Assembly: GCA_964360965.1 (NCBI GenBank)
Contig: CAYHYM010000009.1
Span: 1 to 30,400 of the forward strand
DNA length: 30,400 nucleotides
Reading direction: 5' to 3'
Origin: an uncultured Gammaproteobacteria bacterium
GTDB taxonomy: Bacteria; Patescibacteriota; Microgenomatia; Daviesbacterales; UBA10151
Positions 13,355 to 21,100 of the stretch are shown here, piece by piece. Every line of letters starts with the position of its first letter. Position 1 is the first letter of the stretch. The notes beneath the pieces are model-generated. The model was not told where the DNA came from and made no database searches. It saw only the letters and a program-made list of their open reading frames with translations. The translations under genes were made by a program, and so were the position numbers.

Positions 13355-14671
13355 TCATAGTAGCGCTTCCTTATTCCTTAGTTTTCTATGGAAAGTTAAG
13401 GCAAACCTGTGAGCTTCATCACGCAATTTTTGCAAAAGCTGCAAACTTAAGGATTTTTTGGAAAGTTTTATAATTCGAGCCTTGCGAGAATTACTCAGCG
13501 AAATTCGAGCCTTGCGAGAATTACTCAGTGAAGCGCTAATTTCTCCCTCCGGGGGATAGAGCCATTCCCTTCTTTTGGCCAGACCGAAGATGGGTAGATT
13601 GTGATTAGTAGTTTGTAGTTCGTAGTTTACCGCATTAACTTGTCCCTTGCCACCATCTACTATTATCAGATTAGGGATAGGCCAATCTTTGTGTTTTAAC
13701 CTTCTTCTGATCACTTCTCTCATCATTGCTACATCATTAGGTTTGCCGCTGAGGCGAATCTTAAATTTTCTATACTGTGATTTATCAATATCTCCCTCAT
13801 TTAAAACCACCATTGAACCTGTGGCATTTTTCCCTCCAATATTGGAGATATCATATCCTTCTATTCTTAAAGGTAAAGTTTTTAGATTTAAAACTTTTTT
13901 CAGCTCCTGCAGGGCCAAATTTTTTTGATCTTCGAAAAAATTAGAATTCTCCAAATAAGCCTGGACATTGTTTGGTTGAGTGAGATAATTTATTCCGTCT
14001 ATGATTTTTTTAAGTTTACTTGCTTCTTCAAACTTCTCTCTCTCTGATAGCTTTAACATATCCATTGTCAGTTCCTCAATTAATTTATCCTTTTTCCCGT
14101 CCATAAATTTTGAGAATCGGTTGATTATTTTGTTATAGTCTTCCTTGGAAATTAGCCCAACACAAACTCCTGGACATAATCCCAGATGATGATAAAAACA
14201 TGCTCGACGGGTTCGCAAGGCCAGGCCTTGCGAGGCTGAACACCAAGGGAAGACTTTCCTGAGTAGTTTGAGGGTGTTCCTAACAGTTCTAGCTGAAGGA
14301 AAAGGGCCAAAGAATTTTTTTACCCTTCTCAAATCTTGTTTTCTAAGAGTAATAACTTTGGGAAATTCTTCTTTGGTGATACCAATATATAAATAATCCT
14401 TATCATCTGTTAGTCTGACATTATATTTTGGCAAGTATTTTTTAATAAGACTCGCCTCTAAGATAAGCGCTTCCAACTCTGATGCAACAACAATAGTTTC
14501 AACTGAAGATATTGCAGAAGATAACATGGCTGTCTTTGCGCTCAGACCGAATCGGTTGCTGCGTGAAAAATATGAAGATATCCGATGGTATAAATTTATG
14601 GCTTTACCCACATAAATTACCTGACCATCTTTATTTTTAAAAATATATACCCCGGGTTTTTTGGGAAACAT
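13355..14671 (-). CDS. uvrC: excinuclease ABC subunit C, short form without (HhH)2 domain
   Basis: N-terminal GIY-YIG (PGVYIFKNKDGQVIYVGKA..LYHRISSYF), a UVR-like helix pair (EREKFEEASKLKKIIDGI), IEGYDISNIGG and RDEAHRFAL. The ORF stops about 20 aa after the last motif. Confidence 0.85.
   Translation of the reverse strand: MFPKKPGVYIFKNKDGQVIYVGKAINLYHRISSYFSRSNRFGLSAKTAMLSSAISSVETIVVASELEALILEASLIKKYLPKYNVRLTDDKDYLYIGITKEEFPKVITLRKQDLRRVKKFFGPFPSARTVRNTLKLLRKVFPWCSASQGLALRTRRACFYHHLGLCPGVCVGLISKEDYNKIINRFSKFMDGKKDKLIEELTMDMLKLSEREKFEEASKLKKIIDGINYLTQPNNVQAYLENSNFFEDQKNLALQELKKVLNLKTLPLRIEGYDISNIGGKNATGSMVVLNEGDIDKSQYRKFKIRLSGKPNDVAMMREVIRRRLKHKDWPIPNLIIVDGGKGQVNAVNYELQTTNHNLPIFGLAKRREWLYPPEGEISASLSNSRKARISLSNSRKARIIKLSKKSLSLQLLQKLRDEAHRFALTFHRKLRNKEALL
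13472..13531. repeat. 2 x 30-nt tandem duplication inside uvrC
   Basis: AATTCGAGCCTTGCGAGAATTACTCAG(C/T)GA twice, 29/30 identical. Encodes SLSNSRKARI twice. Confidence 0.85.
14203..14238. repeat. GC-rich palindrome inside uvrC
   Basis: CGCAAGGCC-A-GGCCTTGCG (14214-14232). Shares the GCCTTGCGAG core with the tandem unit at 13472-13531. Encodes ASQGLALRTR. Confidence 0.6.
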
Positions 14672-14673
14672 AA

Positions 14674-16665
14674 TTATTTATTCGAAGCAGGTTTTGCAAA
14701 ACGCCTTCTGTAGATAAGTGTTCCTAAAATGGCAAAGTATAAAACTGCCACCACTGCCACGAGTCCCAATGCAATCCAGGGAAAATTCTGTAGGATGAAA
14801 AATGGCCTGACCTTTATCTCATGTCGTTCCTTTATTCCTGCCACCTGAATCTCAATAACATCATCAAAGCTATCCAAAAGAGATTTAGTTCTGAGTTCAA
14901 ATTCAAACTGGGCAAATCCAAAGGAAGGTATTGGACCAGATTGGACAGCAGCCCCATTTAAAATGTTGACCTGTCCGGCATTGACAGATAAGTTTGATGA
15001 CGGAAGAGCGGCATTTCCCAAATTTTCTATTTTTATATTAATTTTATGGGGAAATCCTGCCAAAATTTGCTTTTTTACATCAATGATTAAATTGGGCTGC
15101 GGCTTTCCCAAAAAATCACTTTGTGATAGCTCCACTTTGACATCATGGCTGTCCATCCCGCTCAATTTATATGAGCCGGCAGGAACAGGCTGCTCTGATG
15201 ATGAACCTTTGATAACAAATACAAAATGATTTAAATCCAGCTTATTAAAATAATCAACTCCACCAGTGGTGTTTTGCCAGGTTGGATCAACCATTACCCA
15301 ACCTCGATTATCATCCCAATACTCAGGCCAGGCATGTAAAATGTCGCGAGACAAAGACAGCGGCCGCAACGCAAGATTGGTGGTATAGGCAAATCCGTCC
15401 AGCTCCCTGGCAGGGATCCCGGCAGCCCGGGTTAAGCTGATAAAAAGATCGGTAAATTCCATACAAACAGCAGAGGTTGGGTTATTTAAGGCTGTAACAG
15501 CGCCCAACCTTTCAATATTTTCATTGGAGAGCCTGGAAGTATCATATTGTAAAGTAGATATCACACTCTGATAAATTAGTTTTACCTTTTGCTCTGTTGA
15601 AGAGGGCTGATTAGTACTTAAGATTTCACTTAGTTTACTTTTAACTGTCGGGTGATCTTTTTCCCAATATTTTTGAGTGGTAGTATATTTTTGATAAAGA
15701 CCGGTCGGTAAGACTGGGTTTTTCACTTTTGTTAAGATATAAAGCTTGGCTGATCCGGTGGCCTTAACAGATAACTTTTGGGCTCTTTTCAGTTTATACC
15801 AGGCAAGATAATTACCATCCTCATCTAAAGTCACATTAATCGGCTTTGGCTCAATTCGCTGATAAATCACCTCCTGATAGGCTGTATCCGGAGGCAGGGC
15901 AATATTGGTGAGAACCGGTACCAGATTGGGATTTTCCAAATTATATGTCAAATTAAAATCATAAACTTGAAAACTGCCAAAAGTGGCGGAAACACCTGAT
16001 AATATCAACTGGTCTTTGTCAAATATTAAAAAGGTCCTGCCGGATGAGGTACTCTGTCGTTTTGGGGTGGGACTGATAATGGAAGGCGGACCAAAGCTTT
16101 GAGGAGTGGAAATTGTCAAATTATAACTTTGAAGACCGGGCGCTGATTGAATTTTGGGAGCGGATATTTCCCAGATTTTACCTAAATGCTGGGCAAAATC
16201 AGATGATTTAAAACTAAGGGTAAAAGGCTGCTCTTTTCCTACTCCCGCTATCTGCTGGTTAAACTTAACTGTGATAGAAGTTGAGGTATCTTTTTGCTCT
16301 GATGTCACCTCCATTAAGCCTCCTTGGTCTGAGGCTTTGATATCGGTAATTTGGGTGGCTCCAATAATAAGTTTAAACTGGCTGGCAAAATATTGACTGG
16401 TTAGATTCCTGAGGGTAATTTTTTCAGTAACTGAAGTTATTCCACTTAAGTCTATATCATAAGTTACATCATATGAGGTGGCAAAATCTTGTCCTGAGCT
16501 AGCTTGCCCTGAGCCTGTCGTACTTCGATTCCACTCAGTACGACCCTGAGTGTTAATCGAATGGGTCGAAGGGGTCGAAGGATCTTCGGCAGCAAAGACA
16601 GCAGTCAGTGAAAAGTAAAAAGTAAAAATTGAAAATATAACAGCCAGGAAAATTTTCTTGATCAT
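14674..16665 (-). CDS. transglutaminase-like cysteine-protease-fold surface protein
   Basis: Cys-His-Asp pattern: AVCMEFTDLF, ILHAWPEYW, WVMVDPTW. N-terminal signal peptide MIKKIFLAVIFSIFTFYFSLTAVFA and a C-terminal TM span. The ORF-track start at 16695 is possible but adds 10 non-signal residues. Confidence 0.75.
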   Translation of the reverse strand: MIKKIFLAVIFSIFTFYFSLTAVFAAEDPSTPSTHSINTQGRTEWNRSTTGSGQASSGQDFATSYDVTYDIDLSGITSVTEKITLRNLTSQYFASQFKLIIGATQITDIKASDQGGLMEVTSEQKDTSTSITVKFNQQIAGVGKEQPFTLSFKSSDFAQHLGKIWEISAPKIQSAPGLQSYNLTISTPQSFGPPSIISPTPKRQSTSSGRTFLIFDKDQLILSGVSATFGSFQVYDFNLTYNLENPNLVPVLTNIALPPDTAYQEVIYQRIEPKPINVTLDEDGNYLAWYKLKRAQKLSVKATGSAKLYILTKVKNPVLPTGLYQKYTTTQKYWEKDHPTVKSKLSEILSTNQPSSTEQKVKLIYQSVISTLQYDTSRLSNENIERLGAVTALNNPTSAVCMEFTDLFISLTRAAGIPARELDGFAYTTNLALRPLSLSRDILHAWPEYWDDNRGWVMVDPTWQNTTGGVDYFNKLDLNHFVFVIKGSSSEQPVPAGSYKLSGMDSHDVKVELSQSDFLGKPQPNLIIDVKKQILAGFPHKINIKIENLGNAALPSSNLSVNAGQVNILNGAAVQSGPIPSFGFAQFEFELRTKSLLDSFDDVIEIQVAGIKERHEIKVRPFFILQNFPWIALGLVAVVAVLYFAILGTLIYRRRFAKPASNK
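16491..16590. repeat. GC-rich composite element (CCTGAGC / GGTCGAAGG family) in frame near the N-terminus of the transglutaminase-like gene
   Basis: Contains CCTGAGC x3, GGGTCGAAGGGGTCGAAGG and the hairpin GTCGTAC-N14-GTACGAC. Encodes PSTPSTHSINTQGRTEWNRSTTGSGQASSGQD. Confidence 0.6.
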
Positions 16666-16749
16666 AATGTCATCCCAGAGAATACCGGGATCCATAAATA
16701 TTGTAGCAATTTTATTATGTCATTGCTAGCGAATGATGGAAAGCTAAAA

Positions 16750-16782
16750 TTTAGCTTGACACCTGAGAGGTGTAAACGTAAA
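16750..16782 (+). repeat. REP-like element upstream of the RAYT ORF
   Basis: TTTAGCTTGACACCTGAGAGGTGTAAACGTAAA with hairpin ACACCT-GAG-AGGTGT at 16759-16773. Exact inverted copy at 26126-26158. Confidence 0.85.
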
Positions 16783-16791
16783 ATAAATTTA

Positions 16792-17448
16792 ATGCCTGGA
16801 AGAAAAACTGTTTTTGAGAATGGATATTTTTATCATGTCTATAACCGGGGCTCTGAAAAAAGGGATATTTTTATAAAACCGCAAAATTATCAAAGATTCA
16901 TAAAAACTATGTACTATTATCAGTACGAGGGACCAAAACTAAGGCTTTCCCTACTAAATCAGGACGGATTCCAAAATTTTAAACCGGATCCCAGTAAGAA
17001 ATTAGTTGAAATTATCTGTTATTGCTTAATGCCTAACCACTTTCACATTCTAATAAAACAACTCAAAGAAAATGGAATTTCTAAATTTATTAGTCAATTA
17101 AGTAATAGCTACACCAAATATTTTAATACCAAATATAAACGTGTAGGAGCTTTATTCCAGGGTGTATTTCAGGCAGTTATTATTGAATCCGATGAACAGT
17201 TCATTCATACCTCCAGATATATTCATTTAAACCCGTCAGTATCAACCTTGGTAGAGAACCCTGCCAATTGGCCTTGGTCCTCTTATACCGAGTATGTTGA
17301 TAAGAAAAAGGGTATTTGTGTTAAAGAACCAATAATGAGTCATTTTCCTTCTGTGGAAGCTTACAAAAAATTTGTCTTGGATCAGCTTGATTACGGGAGG
17401 ATTCTCGAAATCTTAAAACACGGAGCCATTGATTATGATTACACCTGA
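16792..17448 (+). CDS. IS200/IS605-type Y1 (HUH) transposase, REP-associated tyrosine transposase (RAYT)-like
   Basis: YHVYNRG, the HUH motif MPNHFHILIK, and the catalytic-Tyr motif SRYIHLNP. Start set to ATG 16792, because the upstream TTG extension is made of REP sequence. The TGA stop lies inside a REP hairpin. Confidence 0.8.
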   Translation: MPGRKTVFENGYFYHVYNRGSEKRDIFIKPQNYQRFIKTMYYYQYEGPKLRLSLLNQDGFQNFKPDPSKKLVEIICYCLMPNHFHILIKQLKENGISKFISQLSNSYTKYFNTKYKRVGALFQGVFQAVIIESDEQFIHTSRYIHLNPSVSTLVENPANWPWSSYTEYVDKKKGICVKEPIMSHFPSVEAYKKFVLDQLDYGRILEILKHGAIDYDYT

Positions 17449-17457
17449 GAGGTGTAA
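17441..17457 (+). repeat. REP-like hairpin overlapping the RAYT stop codon
   Basis: ACACCTGAGAGGTGTAA is identical over 17 nt to 16759-16775 and in the same orientation. Confidence 0.8.
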
Positions 17458-17560
17458 GCCTCACACAAACTACTTCCGATCGAAAACAACTTGTCATGCG
17501 TACAGGCACATAAGGTCTCACCTTAGTTCAACGGTCGTGTTAACAATGTGATAAGTCCGT

Positions 17561-17579
17561 GCTGACACCTGAAAGATGG
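17561..17579 (+). repeat. degenerate REP-like copy
   Basis: GCTGACACCTGAAAGATGG compared with GCTTGACACCTGAGAGGTG. The second arm is decayed. Confidence 0.4.
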
Positions 17580-17589
17580 AAAGGTAAAT

Positions 17590-18177
17590 TTACCTTCTGA
17601 TTTTTTTTAGAATATGTGAAGCTAATCGAGTTAAGTCTCCAGCCAATAAGAATGCATGAATTCTAAGAACTTCTGCTAAGGTAGGTGTGAGTTCCTTTCT
17701 ATTCTCTCCCAACATTTCACCTAGTAGTTCGCTATCATAATAATACTGCTCACTGCGTACTCTTTCATAATCCACTCCATAGCCCGCTGCCTCCATTAAA
17801 TCAATAATCAGCAGACCTGGTAAGGGTAAACTTTCTGCCCAAGTATTAATAACCTCTTTGGGTGGAATAGTTTCAGTTTCACCATTTGCTCCCATTAAAT
17901 TCCATAACAACTCCAACTTTCCCTCTCCAATTCTTCTATCATGTTCTGCCAGAAATTCTTGATGTAATCCCCATATGGTAAGAACCGCCTCTTTAAAAAA
18001 GTCGGGAGTACCTATACTTGCCGCCAAAGAAGGATCACTCACTCTTCCTATTAAATAACGTTCCTTTACTTCTTCTGGAAATATTGAATGTTCAATTGAA
18101 TAAATAAATATTCGGTTGTGAAGTTCTATATATTTATCCCTAGCCAGCTGAAGCTGTTTAGAAATTTGTTCTTTCAT
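17590..18177 (-). CDS. hypothetical protein, apparently co-transcribed with uvrA
   Basis: 195-aa ORF whose ATG (18177) lies 2 nt after the uvrA stop (18180-18182). Helical and acidic, with no motif recognised. Confidence 0.5.
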   Translation of the reverse strand: MKEQISKQLQLARDKYIELHNRIFIYSIEHSIFPEEVKERYLIGRVSDPSLAASIGTPDFFKEAVLTIWGLHQEFLAEHDRRIGEGKLELLWNLMGANGETETIPPKEVINTWAESLPLPGLLIIDLMEAAGYGVDYERVRSEQYYYDSELLGEMLGENRKELTPTLAEVLRIHAFLLAGDLTRLASHILKKIRR

Positions 18178-18179
18178 AT

Positions 18180-21100
18180 TTATAGTATCTTTGCCAAATA
18201 TTGCCCTGTATAGGAGGATTTGATTTTGGATATATCTTTGGGGGTGCCTTCTGCAATAACTTGTCCGCCTTTATCCCCACCTTCCGGGCCTAAATCTATT
18301 ACCCAATCGGTATTTTTAATCACATCAAGATTGTGCTCTATAATCACCACAGTATTTCCATAGTTTACCAGCTTCCTTAAGATGGTTAATAACCTTTCTA
18401 TATCAGCAAAATGTAAACCGGTGGTGGGTTCGTCCAAAATATAAAGAGTGTGACCAGTTGGACGCTTAGATAATTCAGCAGAAAGTTTAATCCTTTGTGC
18501 CTCTCCACCAGACAGCGTGGGAGCTGGTTGGCCCAATTTTATATATCCCAATCCCACATCATTTAGTACTTGCAGTTTATTTTTGATATTGGGAATATTT
18601 TCAAAAAACTTTAAAGCTTCCTCAACAGTCATGTCCAAAACTTCAGAAATATTTTTATCCTTAAAGTGAATTTCCAAAGCCTCCCTGTTGTAGCGGGCAC
18701 CGTTGCAAGCCTCACAAGTCACATAAACATCCGGCAAAAACTGCATTTCAATTTTGAGCTGCCCTTCCCCTTCACAAACCTCACACCTTCCACCTTTGAC
18801 ATTAAAGGAAAACCTGCCTGGTCCATAACCCCTAATTTTAGCTTCAGTACTTTGGGCAAATAGGTCTCTGACAAAGGTAAAGGCTTCTGTATAGGTGGCC
18901 GGATTTGAGCGGGGAGTCCGGCCTATTGGTGATTGGTCTACCAAAACCACTTTATCCACATACTCTACCCCCTCCAGTTCTTTAAAAGCCCCTGGTCTTT
19001 CCTTGGATCTATAAATTTTTTGAGCTAACGCCTTATATAAGATGTCGTGAATTAAAGTAGATTTTCCGGATCCTGAAACCCCTGATATGGCTATAAACTG
19101 CCCTAAAGGAAAATCCACATTGATATTTTTTAAATTGTGTTGAGAAGCACCAAGAACCTTCAAAACATGATTGTCATTCCCGCGCAGGTCATCGACTCCG
19201 AGGTCGCTCAGACTCGAGGAGCGGGAATCTATTTTAATATTATTTATGGATCCCGTATCCCTTCGGCCTCGCTCAGGGCGGGCAAGTTCAGGATGACCGT
19301 GAACAGTCACTTTTTTCTTACCTGATAAATACTGTCCAGTTAAAGATGTAGTACTTTTTTTAATCTGATCCGGAGTGCCTGTGGTTACTATCTCCCCACC
19401 ATGTTCACCAGCTCCTGGCCCAATTTCAATTAATAGATCTGCATTCTCCATCATCTCTGCATCATGCTCATTAACTATCACTGTATTTCCCAAATCTCTT
19501 AATTTTTTTAAAGTTTCAATTAATCTTGAGTTATCTCTTTGGTGTAAACCAATAGAAGGCTCATCTAAAACATACAAAACTCCGGATAAACCCGAACCAA
19601 TTTGGGAGGCCAGCCTGATTCTTTGTGATTCTCCCCCGGCTAAGGTCATAGCAGCGCGATCCAGCGTTAAATAATCCAAACCAACATCAATTAAGAACTT
19701 AACTCTGGCTTGGATTTCTTTTAAAATAGGTTTGGCAATTTGAGTTTCACGATCATTTAAAATAGATTCTATCACTTCACTACGTTTCGCTCCAGAATGA
19801 CTATTCCCCAATCTTTTAATCCATTCCAAAGCCTCTTTAATAGATTGTGTCACCACTTCTGCAATATTTAATCCATCAATGGTTATTGACAAGGCTTCAT
19901 CTTTAAGTCTTGCTCCATGACACTTAGGACAAATCTCTTTAACCATATATTTTTCTATTTCCCTTTTCACATAATCAGATTCGGATTCTTGATATCTTTG
20001 TTTTAGGTATGAAACCAAACCTTGAAAGCTAGATTTAAAATGAGTCCATCTTCCCTCTCTGTTTCTTCCTTCCACTCTAAATTCTTCGTCCCCAGCACCA
20101 TTAAGTAGCACATTTCTGGCTTTCTCAGATAATTCACCCAGTCTGGTATTTAAATCAAAACCGTAAACTTTGCCTACTGACTGAATAAGTCTTGAGAACC
20201 AGGTTTCATGAGTGGCTAACTTTTGCCATGGTAAAATTCCACCTTCTGCAATAGATAAAATGGGGTTTAAAACCATTTCCGGATCAATTTCCAAAAGTGA
20301 TCCTAAACCATGGCAGGTAGGACAAGCTCCATGAGGAGAATTAAAAGAAAATAGTCTTGGTTCCACCTCGGATAAGGCAATATTGTCAACCGGACAGGCA
20401 AATCTTTCAGAATAAAGATGATCGTCCATTTTCTTGGGATTTTGGGGAAATTCTAAAGAAGCGTCCAGGACTTCAGAAACAATCACGGATCCTTCACCTA
20501 ATTTGAGCGCTGTCTCGATGGATTGGGAGAGCCTGTTTATAATGTCATTCCCGCGCATGCGGGAATCCAATTCCGAACGTGACTTTGTTAATTGGATCCT
20601 CCTCGAGTCTGAGCGACCTCGGAGTCGAAGACCTGCCTTCGCAGGGATAACAGACTTATCCAATATGAGTCTGTCCACTACTGCATCGATAGTATGCTTA
20701 TTAGTTTTAATCAACACTAAATCCCCCGCTCCGCCCGCGCCCGCTTCGCCGCGCCCTGCGTCGCCGGAGGCGCGAGGCGAGGAGCGAGGCGAGTCTGTTA
20801 AGTCTCTAATTTGTCCATCAACCCTAACCTTTGAAAAACCTTTTTTCCTCAAATCTTCAAAAAGTTGGAAATATTCTCCTTTTCTGTCTTTAACCACAGG
20901 AGCCAAAATCATTATTCTTCTCGAAGACCCTGAGCGAGACTTCGACGGTGAGTCTTTCGACCCTGAGCTCAAGACCGAAGGGCTCAGTCGAACCGCGTAG
21001 CGAGTCGAAGGGTTCCCTACCACTTGTTCCACAATTTGTTCTACTGACATTCTACTAATCTCCCTTCCACAAATTGGACAATGGGGATGGCCAACCCTGG

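Noticed and set aside
16717-16791. Upstream TTG start of the RAYT ORF (MSLLANDGKLKFSLTPERCKRKINL)
   Set aside because: This stretch is built from the AAGCTAAA/TTTAGCTT palindrome and the REP hairpin. The canonical transposase N-terminus begins at ATG 16792.
20434-21000. 188-aa plus-strand ORF, plus other antisense ORFs inside uvrA (18666-18863, 19137-19325, 19375-19674, 21328-21576)
   Set aside because: They lie entirely antisense to the strongly supported uvrA gene. They are kept open largely by GC-rich repeat segments that lack stop codons. No motifs or SD sequences were seen.
19173-21013. Inteins or introns as an explanation for the uvrA insertions
   Set aside because: The segments encode only about 10-42 residues and lack intein splice-junction or endonuclease blocks. 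They are far too short for group I/II introns. They belong to repeat families found also outside genes.
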